A stretch of 64,000 bases of DNA from an uncultured Verrucomicrobiae bacterium (lineage in GTDB: Bacteria > Chlamydiota > Chlamydiia > Chlamydiales > Rhabdochlamydiaceae): NCBI GenBank assembly GCA_963806855.1, contig CAWDYW010000003.1, positions 1 through 64,000 of the forward strand. Reading direction: 5' to 3'. This document shows, piece after piece, positions 9,977 to 19,117 of this stretch. Under the pieces are notes generated by a model. That model was not told where the DNA came from. It did no database searches and saw only the letters and a list, made by a program, of their open reading frames with translations. The translations under genes and the position numbers were made by a program. The first letter of the stretch is position 1; the number at the start of each line of letters is the position of its first letter.

Positions 9977-10486
9977 TTATGCTTTAGATGTCTGCTTTTT
10001 GACCAACTGGAGTAATTCTATAAAAGCCAAGAGGCCGAACACGAAGAAAATCGAATAGACCGATGTGGGGATGCCGATTTTCAATGTGAGGCAAATCAAG
10101 ACAATAAACTGGAGCGCGGTGGTCGCCTTGCCCCATCGAATGGCTCGGAATTGATAGGCCTGCCATTTTCCAGAAATTTTTAAGTAGATAGCGAAAATGA
10201 GGAGGAAGACGTCGCGGGTAATCATCGCAAGGGCTTGCCAAATGGCAAATTGGTGTTCGTATAGAAGCATCCCTAAGGCGATGAAGACGAAAAGCTTATC
10301 CATGGCCGGGTCGAGAATGGCGCCCAATTGGGTGGTAGAGCGGTAGCGGCGCGCCAAAAAGCCGTCGAGTGCGTCAGTAAACATCGCGAGGACAATAGCG
10401 ATGAGGCGCACTGTCATGCTTGAAGATAAAAAGAGAAGCGCTAAAGGGGCCCTCAGCAGAGATAACCCATTGGATAGGCTAAACAT
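9977..10486 (-). CDS. pgsA: CDP-alcohol phosphatidyltransferase (PGP synthase)
   Basis: DALDGFLARR...GAILDPAMDK signature. Confidence 0.88.
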   Translation of the reverse strand: MFSLSNGLSLLRAPLALLFLSSSMTVRLIAIVLAMFTDALDGFLARRYRSTTQLGAILDPAMDKLFVFIALGMLLYEHQFAIWQALAMITRDVFLLIFAIYLKISGKWQAYQFRAIRWGKATTALQFIVLICLTLKIGIPTSVYSIFFVFGLLAFIELLQLVKKQTSKA

Positions 10487-11099
10487 TTTCTTTTTTCTCA
10501 GTCCTTTTCCTTTTTTTATACCAGATGATTGCCATTACCGTCACACAGAAACCTAAAAAAATAAACAAATTGACAATTTTTACGCGAGTATAAAGTGTAT
10601 CGATGTTCTTTCCTAGAGTATAATAGAGGAAAAAGCAGAAGCCGGCCCATAGAGCGCAGGCGATTCCATCCCACAGGGCAAATTTGAAAAAGGAAATGCG
10701 ACTCATCCCGCTCGACATAAAGAGGCCGTTACGTACTCCGAAGGGGATAAAACGGCCGATGATCAAGGCAAAGAAACCTCGCTTTTCATAGAATTTTTTG
10801 ACTTTGTCGATCTTTTTTTGACTTAAAATTTTTGAGAAAATGGGAACTTTTTGAAGCGCTGGCCCCACCGTCCGTCCGACCCAATAGGCGATCCAGGCAG
10901 AGAAAAGGCAGCCTAAAAAGATGGCGAAAAAGAGTTTTAACATATTGGCCGGGATGACAGTCGCAGCGAGGATGGCGCTGATGATCATCAGTAAGTCAAT
11001 GCTGATGGGGATATTCAAACCGGCTAAGAGTGCGCCGCCAAAGATGAACCAGTGGGCATGATGAGCGTGGTTGTGGACGAATTCTAACAACCTATCCAT
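10479..11099 (-). CDS. DedA family membrane protein
   Basis: YWVGR and GRFIPFGVR motifs; hydrophobic. Confidence 0.9.
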   Translation of the reverse strand: MDRLLEFVHNHAHHAHWFIFGGALLAGLNIPISIDLLMIISAILAATVIPANMLKLFFAIFLGCLFSAWIAYWVGRTVGPALQKVPIFSKILSQKKIDKVKKFYEKRGFFALIIGRFIPFGVRNGLFMSSGMSRISFFKFALWDGIACALWAGFCFFLYYTLGKNIDTLYTRVKIVNLFIFLGFCVTVMAIIWYKKRKRTEKKENV

Positions 11100-11105
11100 C
11101 GGCGC

Positions 11106-12662
11106 TCAGCGGGTAGTGGCCAACTCTGGCTCTGGTTCTTTCGCTTCTTCATTGGTCAGATCGAGGGTCTCATGGGCCAAAGTGAGGGAATGAAACTCTT
11201 TTCCAAGCATGCGCGTAGCGGCGATCCAGCCGCCGATCACGAGTACTAAAATTCCCCCTACAAACGGGGCGCTGAGGGAAATCGTTCCAAAGATCATGAT
11301 GAGCCCTTGATGGATCACCGATGCGCCCGATTTTCCTAAGCGAGAGCCGAAGCCGTCGATCGCCGCCTTTCCTTTCATCCGGCTCTCTTTGCTCAATGGG
11401 ATGAATGAAAGTTCCTTGGTTGCATCGAAGAGGGTATATTTGGAGGCGCGGGCGAGGACGTTTTGCATAGAACCGAAGAAAACGCCGATTGCAAGCGGTG
11501 TGCTGCCGATTAGGACTGCGAGGGAGGAAAGGGCGGAGTCCTTGAAGAGAAGGAACGAGAAGAACCCGACACCGGTCACCAAGAAAATGATTGGGGGGAT
11601 CAGAGCGCTCGTGGTCCAACTAAAGCGGCGGATGATATAGCTAGAGATGAAGGCTCCGATTGTAGCGATGATTCCTGTCCAAGTGAGGATATTGCAAAAG
11701 TAGGCGTTGAAATCATTGGGATTAGGATAGAGCTCTTTGATTTGCCCTTTCCAAACCACTTCGATCAGGGTCAGCGAAATATTGAACATCACGACAACGA
11801 TGGCGATACAAACCAAATATTTGGATTTGGCCAAAAATTTGAAGTTTTCCCGAATTCCCATTTTGATCTTCTGACCCGCTTCGCTCTTCTTTTCGACGAT
11901 CGAGTTATAACCCAATCCTTGTCTATGGAGCCAGCGGAAGATCCCCATGCTGAGCAGTCCGGCGATGATGACTAGCCCATTGAGCATAAAAATCGATTGC
12001 CCCCATCCATCCGTCCCGAATGGGATAGCCGGGTTATAGTTGTGAGTCGAAATCCGATTGGAAATGAGCCCTGCGAAAGTGGTCGCGAGGTTAGCTCCAA
12101 TCCCCAAAATGGCATAGAACCGTTTGCCGATGCGAACCGAGGTGACCTCATTGGCGAATCCCCAGAAGAGGACCGTCATGATCATGGTGCTCCACATCTC
12201 CGACATGATGTAAAAAGTGGTATAGGTCCAATTGCGGAAAATGGCGATCATGCCGCTAAAGCCTTGAGGAAGAAGGTCCTGTAGTTTGTCGGCGAGAAAG
12301 TGGGGATGGAGAGATGCCTGGTTGGGGTAAAGGAAGAATGTAAAAATGAAGAAGAAGCCCAAAAAGATGCTCATTAAAGTATAAAAAACTTTCTCGCGAG
12401 AGAGCCAGTTAGAAAGTCGGGTAAAAATAAAGGTAAATAAAAGAGCGGCCGGCAATATCGCCCAGACTTTAAGGAAGGGGAGAGCTTCTGCACCTGAAGA
12501 TGGGGCAGTGACGATTAGGGAATCTTTGGCTGAACGTAATATGCTATAATTGAAGCAGATGAGGAAGAAAATCAGGAACATCGGCACGAACTTTTTATGC
12601 TCATCTCCATAAATGGGCCATAGAAGTGATCGTAGCTTACCAAACCCTGAGGGTGTTGACAT
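11106..12662 (-). CDS. Npt/Tlc family nucleotide transporter (position syntenic with chlamydial npt2)
   Basis: LRSAKDSLIVTAP, FWGFANEVT, KYTLFDATKE, DGFGSRLGKSG. Confidence 0.95.
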   Translation of the reverse strand: MSTPSGFGKLRSLLWPIYGDEHKKFVPMFLIFFLICFNYSILRSAKDSLIVTAPSSGAEALPFLKVWAILPAALLFTFIFTRLSNWLSREKVFYTLMSIFLGFFFIFTFFLYPNQASLHPHFLADKLQDLLPQGFSGMIAIFRNWTYTTFYIMSEMWSTMIMTVLFWGFANEVTSVRIGKRFYAILGIGANLATTFAGLISNRISTHNYNPAIPFGTDGWGQSIFMLNGLVIIAGLLSMGIFRWLHRQGLGYNSIVEKKSEAGQKIKMGIRENFKFLAKSKYLVCIAIVVVMFNISLTLIEVVWKGQIKELYPNPNDFNAYFCNILTWTGIIATIGAFISSYIIRRFSWTTSALIPPIIFLVTGVGFFSFLLFKDSALSSLAVLIGSTPLAIGVFFGSMQNVLARASKYTLFDATKELSFIPLSKESRMKGKAAIDGFGSRLGKSGASVIHQGLIMIFGTISLSAPFVGGILVLVIGGWIAATRMLGKEFHSLTLAHETLDLTNEEAKEPEPELATTR

Positions 12663-12724
12663 AACGTATCCTGTTAAAGTCTAAGAATACCTGGAAAGAC
12701 ATTAAAATAAAAGGGGGTATTTTT

Positions 12725-13891
12725 TTATTTATTAAGGGCATCAATACCAGGGAGATGGCCAAACTCGATATATTCGAGGCATGCACCGCCGCCGGTAGAA
12801 ATGTGAGAAAATTTTTTAGAGAGACCCATTTGGTTTATGGCGGCTACCGAATCGCCTCCTCCGGCAATCGTCACAGCATCCAAATTGGCAAGCGTCTCGG
12901 CCATCTCACGGGTCCCTTTAGCAAAATTGGGGATTTCGAATACTCCTAGGGGGCCGTTCCAAAAAACCATTTTGGCTTGGCTCAATTGTTCTTTCCACAA
13001 TTTCGAGGTCTCTGGGCCAATATCCATCCCCTGCCAACCTTCGGGAATTCCTTTGCTGGTTTCGATTACTTTCTGCTGGGCTTCATTCGCAATCACCACA
13101 TCTTTGGGCAAATAGATTGGCTTTTTGGCGTCGGCTAAAAATTGTCTTGCTTCCTCGACTAAATTATCCTCGCATAGCGAATTGCCAATCGATATCCCTT
13201 GGGCTTTCAAAAAGGTAAAAGCCATGCCGCCGCCGATAAAGAGCGCATCGACTTTGCTTAAAAGTGATTTTAGCACGCCTAATTTCGTCGACACTTTTGC
13301 CCCGCCTATGACAGCATAGAAGGGATGTTTGGGTTGTGCAAATGCCTCGCCAAGGAAGTTGATTTCTTTTTGTAGCAGAAATCCAGCGCCGCTCCTTCCC
13401 TTAAAATATTGGGCGATCGTTGCTGTAGAGCTATGGGCTCGATGGGCTGTTCCGAAGGCATCGTTAATGTAATAATCTCCAAGTTTAGCTAACTTTTTTG
13501 CAAACTCTGGATCTTTTTCTGGTTTTTCCTCAGCTGGATAAAAGCGGAGATTCTCTAACAGCAGCACTTCCCGCGGACGCAAACTAGCGACAATTTTTTC
13601 AACTTCTTCTCCGATGCAATCGGGCGCCATCTTGACTTCTTTGCCAAGGAGCTCGCCTAGTCGCATGGCGCAGGGTTTCAGTGTGAATTTTGGATCTTTC
13701 TTTCCCTCCGGCCTTCCGAGATGACTCATGAGAATGACGCTTCCCCCTTTGTCGAGGATATACTGAATGGTGGGGAGAGCTTCCCGGATCCGCGTGTCAT
13801 CCGAAATTGCCCCTTGTTTATCAAAAGGGACATTGAAGTCGACCCGGATGAGAATTTTTTTATCTTTGAGAGGTAAATCTTGTATGTTCAT
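12725..13891 (-). CDS. pgk: Phosphoglycerate kinase
   Basis: RVDFNVP, SHLGRP, LLENLRF, GGGDS, STGGGA. Confidence 0.98.
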   Translation of the reverse strand: MNIQDLPLKDKKILIRVDFNVPFDKQGAISDDTRIREALPTIQYILDKGGSVILMSHLGRPEGKKDPKFTLKPCAMRLGELLGKEVKMAPDCIGEEVEKIVASLRPREVLLLENLRFYPAEEKPEKDPEFAKKLAKLGDYYINDAFGTAHRAHSSTATIAQYFKGRSGAGFLLQKEINFLGEAFAQPKHPFYAVIGGAKVSTKLGVLKSLLSKVDALFIGGGMAFTFLKAQGISIGNSLCEDNLVEEARQFLADAKKPIYLPKDVVIANEAQQKVIETSKGIPEGWQGMDIGPETSKLWKEQLSQAKMVFWNGPLGVFEIPNFAKGTREMAETLANLDAVTIAGGGDSVAAINQMGLSKKFSHISTGGGACLEYIEFGHLPGIDALNK

Positions 13892-14637
13892 AACTGCGAA
13901 AATGGATTTGAGGCTTGGTTGAAACGTGATCCTTTTTTTCTTAATTTTAATTCACCGCGAATTGAAAAGAGTAAATCTTGGTCGAAGTCTTTATGGGCGG
14001 CCCACTGTAAATATTCAACAGGGATATCACAGAAGGCGCGTCCCTTGTACTTTCCCAGGGGCATCACTTTGAGTGCGATTGGTTTTTCCATTCTTCTCAA
14101 TAGGTCCTGAGAGGTTTTAAAGCCTTCAGCGAGGTATTTGAAAACTTCAATATTGACGATGACATCGCTCATCGCCCGGTGTGCTCCCTCTTCGGCGATG
14201 TTGAAATGTTGCCTTAATTTTTGTAGCGAGTTGACAGGAGTTTCTCCATACAGGCGGGCCATCCGCAAGGTGTCGAGGAATAGATTTTTATTTAAATTGC
14301 ATGGGATGCCGCTTCTCTTGCACTCTTCTTGAATGAAACTGACGTCGAGCTGAATGCCATGACCGATGATGATGTGGTTGCCGATCAGTTTTAGCACTTG
14401 GGGTAGCACCTGTGCGGCTTTGGGTTTGCCTTGCACCATGTCGTCAGTGATATGGTGGATTTCGATCGTATTTTGGGGAATAAGCCGTTCCGGATCGATC
14501 AGGGATTCAAAAGACTCGAGAATATCGTCGAATGTGAATTTGGCGACAGCGATCTCAATGACTCGGTCATTATGCGGCTCTAGCCCCGTCGTTTCACAGT
14601 CGAAACAGATAAATACTTCTTTTTCAATTAGACTCAT
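13888..14637 (-). CDS. dnaQ: DnaQ-like DEDDh exonuclease with C-terminal DUF3820-type domain
   Basis: DCETTG, HRAMSDV and C-terminal MPLGKYKG...YLQW. Confidence 0.88.
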   Translation of the reverse strand: MSLIEKEVFICFDCETTGLEPHNDRVIEIAVAKFTFDDILESFESLIDPERLIPQNTIEIHHITDDMVQGKPKAAQVLPQVLKLIGNHIIIGHGIQLDVSFIQEECKRSGIPCNLNKNLFLDTLRMARLYGETPVNSLQKLRQHFNIAEEGAHRAMSDVIVNIEVFKYLAEGFKTSQDLLRRMEKPIALKVMPLGKYKGRAFCDIPVEYLQWAAHKDFDQDLLFSIRGELKLRKKGSRFNQASNPFSQL

Positions 14638-15224
14638 TCAATCCTTTTTTCTAGCTCTTTAATTAACGCGAGCCGCCCTTTTGCGTTTTTAATCGAATAA
14701 GAAAAATATGCTATAGGTTTAACACCGATTGCGTCGGATAGCAAGGTAAAATTTTTCTCACATGTGCTCTGAATCATGCCAGGGCTCAGTTTATCAACTT
14801 TAGTAAAAACGACAATCAGGGGTCGCTTAAAATGAGTTGCCCACTTTGCAAATGCAATATCTTCCTCAGTCGGAGGATGGCGGCTGTCACATAGGAGTAG
14901 GATCAAAGAGAGCGATTTGCGGTTCTGCAGATAGTCTTGAATCAGAGTGCCCCATTCTTCTCGTATGGCCTTCGGCACCTTGGCAAAACCATAGCCGGGC
15001 AAATCGACGAATATAAAGGCATCGTCGACTGTGAAGAAGTTGATCAATTGCGTTTTGCCAGGGGTTGTGGAGACTCGTGCGAGTCCTTTGTTCTGCGTCA
15101 GGTGATTGATCAGAGAGGATTTGCCGACATTGGAGCGGCCGACAATTGCAATTTCGGCCATTTTCAGGTCGGGCACTTGCTCGAGCTTTGCAGCAGAGAT
15201 AATGAATTTAGCTTTTGTAAACAT
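14634..15224 (-). CDS. engB: Ribosome biogenesis GTPase YihA/EngB
   Basis: GRSNVGKSS, TPGKT, DLPGYG, TKVDK. Confidence 0.95.
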   Translation of the reverse strand: MFTKAKFIISAAKLEQVPDLKMAEIAIVGRSNVGKSSLINHLTQNKGLARVSTTPGKTQLINFFTVDDAFIFVDLPGYGFAKVPKAIREEWGTLIQDYLQNRKSLSLILLLCDSRHPPTEEDIAFAKWATHFKRPLIVVFTKVDKLSPGMIQSTCEKNFTLLSDAIGVKPIAYFSYSIKNAKGRLALIKELEKRIE

Positions 15225-15639
15225 CGATTCTCCGTTTTCCTTCTCCAGTTTGGGAGAGAGTGACATGGATGGTCCCAGCAGGTAAAAGGGTGCTAATGCG
15301 CTCGGCCCATTCGATTAGGCAAATGCCCGGTTCCCCTAAAAAATCGAGAAATCCTTTCTGTAGAAATTCATCTTCCCCCTTTAGCCGGTAGAGGTCAAAG
15401 TGATAAATCGGGGGCTCGCATTCGTAAATATTCAAGTAGGTGAAGGTGGGCGATTGTACGTTGCGACCTGAGATCGATCCGATCTCCGCAACCACTCCTT
15501 TCACAAGGGTCGTTTTCCCAGCCCCTAAATCGCCATGGAGCGCAACAATAGCACCATTTGCTAAACTCCGGGCCAGTTCTCGTCCAAAATCTGTCGTTTC
15601 CTCTTCAGAAGAAAGGATCTTATCCAGTAGCTTCTTCAT
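15208..15639 (-). CDS. tsaE: tRNA threonylcarbamoyladenosine biosynthesis ATPase
   Basis: GDLGAGKT, SPTF, HFDLYRL, IEWAE. Confidence 0.95.
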   Translation of the reverse strand: MKKLLDKILSSEEETTDFGRELARSLANGAIVALHGDLGAGKTTLVKGVVAEIGSISGRNVQSPTFTYLNIYECEPPIYHFDLYRLKGEDEFLQKGFLDFLGEPGICLIEWAERISTLLPAGTIHVTLSQTGEGKRRIDVYKS

Positions 15640-16342
15640 CGAGCCAACCCTCAACATATGAGGCAAATTCGGGGAGCTCAGAAAGGGCTTCAACAAAACT
15701 AGAGATCTTATCTTCTTGGAGTTTATCTTGGATGAATTTGAGAAGTTCGTCGTCCATTTGGAATCGGTTTTGACTTGGAACTTCTACTAGCGGGATCGTT
15801 TTAATTTGGTTTTGCACAAAGTCTTCGATGACAGCAGCCTTGCTGTTGAATAATTTGCCGGTGACAGCAGAGGAATAGACGGTCTTCGTGATGGGCTCTT
15901 TCCGCTTAACAATAAAATTTTGAATTACTTCGGGATCTTCCGAGACAAAAAAGCGTTTAACTCTCAGGCCGTCAATTCGTTCAGTATTTTCTGGGCAGGT
16001 GGAGACCCAATCATAGATCGCATCTTGCGGGTTGGGGTGAGTGTTGTTCCCAAATACTTTCCCAGTGAAGGGGCAGATGTAGACTTTGGTCGTATGTTCA
16101 TTGACGCTTTCTTTTTGAAAGTGGATCTTAATTTCAGTTTCGCGCCAGAGTTTGCCTTGGGACTCTAAATTTTTAATTAGGCCGTCTTTGCTCTGGTAAA
16201 TCTTTTTTTCACGAATGAAGAGGACGGGTTGGATTTTGAGCTTTTTCTCTAGGAAATACAAATAGGTAGTGACCACATCGGCCTTTTTGTTTTTCTTGAG
16301 AAAACTTAATACTTCCTCTTTTAAGTTATCAGAAATCTGCAT
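15620..16342 (-). CDS. Conserved chlamydial hypothetical protein (DUF2709 / CT538-like)
   Basis: YICPFTGKVFGNNTHPNPQDAIYDWVS motif; adjacent to tsaE as in chlamydiae. Confidence 0.8.
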   Translation of the reverse strand: MQISDNLKEEVLSFLKKNKKADVVTTYLYFLEKKLKIQPVLFIREKKIYQSKDGLIKNLESQGKLWRETEIKIHFQKESVNEHTTKVYICPFTGKVFGNNTHPNPQDAIYDWVSTCPENTERIDGLRVKRFFVSEDPEVIQNFIVKRKEPITKTVYSSAVTGKLFNSKAAVIEDFVQNQIKTIPLVEVPSQNRFQMDDELLKFIQDKLQEDKISSFVEALSELPEFASYVEGWLDEEATG

Positions 16343-16571
16343 TGTTCCTCCTGCAAAGGGATCAGGTTAGCATAGATATAACTATTATTCAATAGCATTA
16401 TGATAGGAAAGGTAGATAAAAGCTTTGAGGGAGAATAGACATGTCGGGTGACACAGCACTCCGTGTCCGGTGTCCCCCGCGTCCACCCTACTAGTGCTCT
16501 TTAAACTAAATTCTTGCATTTATTTGTTGGGTAAAACGACTTCAATATCGCCAATTACCAATCAAGCCCTG

Positions 16572-17447
16572 TCACTTTCTGCAATCAAAATCGAAGACGC
16601 CAATCTTGCAGCTTCCCTTTAGAAATTTCGCGTTGTGACTCCCCAACAGATTAATGTCGCAAAATCTACCTTTATGAAGGAAATCAGTGAGCTCATTCCT
16701 CGCTACTAGCCAACAATAAAATGGCGGATTGTGGTCAAATTCAAATTTCGTTTCACATAAAACATGACCTTTGTCCATTTCGACTAAATGAGCATCAGGA
16801 ATAGCGATGTATTGGTATCTGTTTTCCGAGACGATATTTTTTGCATACTGAATATTGTTAAATTGAACTTGCATATTATCAGCAGAACGGCACCACCCCG
16901 TAGGAATTTTAATGATAGTCTGAGGCGATTCAGGATGCGTGAATGCAATTTTAGCCCCTCCCGTTCCTAGTTTTTTCCAATCACCTGTTCCAAATCTAGT
17001 TTCATAAATCTGATTCAGCTCATCTTTATGACTTTCCACAAACGATTTACACTGCTGCTCTGAAAGCGTTTCTTGTGGTGGAGAATAAGGCCTCGAAGTT
17101 AGGTCTTGGTATGCAGTATAAACCATATACACTGTTACAGCGAGGCCGGCTAAGCCAAGAAGCATTTTGCCTGCGCCTTTACGCTTATCTCCTATTTCAA
17201 GATCTTTGATGCCGCTCCAAGCTAAAATGCCGCTGATTCCGCCGCAGCTCGATATAATGCGAACTCTGTCAATTACTCTATAATTTAAAGAGGCGATTGC
17301 TGCGGTGAACGCAACTCCGAATGCCACTTGTGCCGCACCATCCAAAGCTTGACCTAAGCTACCCTTTCGAATCCCTTGCACAACATTTCCGATCCCTTTG
17401 ACAGCAACCACAGCATTAAAGGAGGTTGTATAGGAAAGAACATTCAT
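16572..17447 (-). CDS. Hypothetical membrane protein with a C-terminal kinase-like domain
   Basis: Hydrophobic N-terminal half, then LGTGGAKIAFTHP, IIKIP, DINLLGSHN and VFDFD. AT-rich flanks. Start codon uncertain. Confidence 0.6.
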   Translation of the reverse strand: MNVLSYTTSFNAVVAVKGIGNVVQGIRKGSLGQALDGAAQVAFGVAFTAAIASLNYRVIDRVRIISSCGGISGILAWSGIKDLEIGDKRKGAGKMLLGLAGLAVTVYMVYTAYQDLTSRPYSPPQETLSEQQCKSFVESHKDELNQIYETRFGTGDWKKLGTGGAKIAFTHPESPQTIIKIPTGWCRSADNMQVQFNNIQYAKNIVSENRYQYIAIPDAHLVEMDKGHVLCETKFEFDHNPPFYCWLVARNELTDFLHKGRFCDINLLGSHNAKFLKGSCKIGVFDFDCRK

Positions 17448-17932
17448 TACTATTGCCTTTTTTAAATTAATACTAATTATATTATAAACAATAATCAAAA
17501 GCAACGTTAAAATATTTAATATAAAACATTGACATCCCACGCTCTGGGACGAAAAATAAACTCATCCCAAGACATTCCCAATTGGCGTCTTAGGAAATCG
17601 TGATCTCCCTTCTCGTCTTCTTTTCCATCCCCCCACTGAACTACAGTGAATGTTGGGGTGAATTTCAAACTGCTGCAATACGGATAGATGGGTATAGAAG
17701 ACGGCAGTCTCTTCTGGGAGCTCTTTTTGGGCAATGTCCGCCTCATCTCCAAGTTGAGGGGTGAATATCGAGTAATCATTGCCGATTAGTTTTTTAGTTT
17801 TTGCTTGCTTTAAAATTATAATTTTGTTATAATGTATGCATAATTTCAAGAAAAGATGGAGGGGGTAAAGTTAAAATCAATTTTTGAATGAGCTTATACA
17901 TAAGAGTTAACCTCCCCCGCTCAATTAAGTAA

Positions 17933-17961
17933 TTGATTTTTGTGAGAATAAAGGGTACACT
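17933..17961 (+). promoter_or_regulatory. sigma66/70-type promoter of ldh-argS
   Basis: TTGATT-17bp-TACACT, followed by an AAGGAGG SD before ATG 17996. Confidence 0.6.
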
Positions 17962-17995
17962 TAGTCCTTACTTTGTTTAAGGAGGAAATTTACCT

Positions 17996-19117
17996 ATGCC
18001 AAAAGGTTTAGTCGATCAACTCGTTCTAGAAAAAATTTCAGTACCAGGTTACCACAAAGTGATTCGGGCGCGTGACCCCAGTAGTGGTCTTGATGCCATT
18101 ATCGCCATTCACGATGTCCGCTTAAGTCATGTCGCCGTTGGCGGCACCCGCATTCACCCTTATGCCTCATTTGAGGAAGCTCTAAGGGATGTGTTGAGGC
18201 TGTCCCGCGGAATGACCTATAAGTCTGTCGCCTCCCAAAGTCCTTGGGCGGGTGGAAAATCGGTCATCATCGCCGACCCCAAAAAAGATAAAACAGAAGC
18301 TCTGCTCACTTCATTTGCCGAGGCGGTCAACAGTTTGAATGGTGAATATATCTGCGCCGAAGATGCGGGCTGTAGCCCTCAAGACGTCGCTGTGATCGCT
18401 GAGACAACTCCCTATGCTGTTGGCCTCCCTCATGAAAAAAGCAGCGGAAATCCTTCCCCTTTTACTGCATGGGGCGTGTTCCGAGGGATTCAGGCTGTAA
18501 TGTTTCAGCTCTTTGGTAGCGACTCTGTCGAGGGGCGCACGGTGGCAATTCAAGGGCTCGGTAGCGTTGGCGCCCGCGTAGCGGAATTGCTCTTCTGGCA
18601 TGGGGCGAGACTGATCGTCACGGATGCCCATATGGACAAGGCTGAAGGGTTCGCAAAGCAATTCAATGCGAAATTGGTCAAGCCAGATGAGATTTATGAG
18701 CAGCCTTGCGATGTCTTTTCTCCTAATGCGCTGGGAGCGATTATCAATCCAGAGACTATTGAGAGGCTCCGCTGCCGCGCGATCGCTGGTGCTGCGAATA
18801 ATCAGTTGCTTGCAGATAGCGATGCTGAGGAGCTGCGCCGTCTGGGGATTCTCTATGCGCCCGATTTCGTAATCAATTCAGGCGGGCTGCTCAATGTGAC
18901 AGAAGAGACTGTTGAGGGAGGCTACGATCCGGTAACAGCCCGAAATAAGATTGATAAGATCTACGATCAACTGCGGCTGATTTTTGATATTGCTGGAAAA
19001 AATGAGATCTCTACACTAAAGGCTGTCATGCAATTAATCGAGTATCGATTACAGCATGGGATTGGCAAACGACAAGAACCAATTTACATGCACCATGCAG
19101 GTATCAAATATTCATGA
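17996..19117 (+). CDS. ldh: Glu/Leu/Phe/Val dehydrogenase (leucine dehydrogenase)
   Basis: GGTR, LSRGMTYK, GGKSVI, QGLGSVG, GAANNQL, PDFVINSGG. Confidence 0.92.
   Translation: MPKGLVDQLVLEKISVPGYHKVIRARDPSSGLDAIIAIHDVRLSHVAVGGTRIHPYASFEEALRDVLRLSRGMTYKSVASQSPWAGGKSVIIADPKKDKTEALLTSFAEAVNSLNGEYICAEDAGCSPQDVAVIAETTPYAVGLPHEKSSGNPSPFTAWGVFRGIQAVMFQLFGSDSVEGRTVAIQGLGSVGARVAELLFWHGARLIVTDAHMDKAEGFAKQFNAKLVKPDEIYEQPCDVFSPNALGAIINPETIERLRCRAIAGAANNQLLADSDAEELRRLGILYAPDFVINSGGLLNVTEETVEGGYDPVTARNKIDKIYDQLRLIFDIAGKNEISTLKAVMQLIEYRLQHGIGKRQEPIYMHHAGIKYS

Noticed and set aside
16441..16490. GC-rich gacac/gtgtc patch upstream of the DUF2709 gene
   Set aside because: It is only a short, weak inverted repeat with no second copy in the window.
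17516..17849. Two short overlapping minus-strand ORFs in AT-rich DNA
   Set aside because: No recognisable motif or convincing start; they may be a remnant but cannot be supported.
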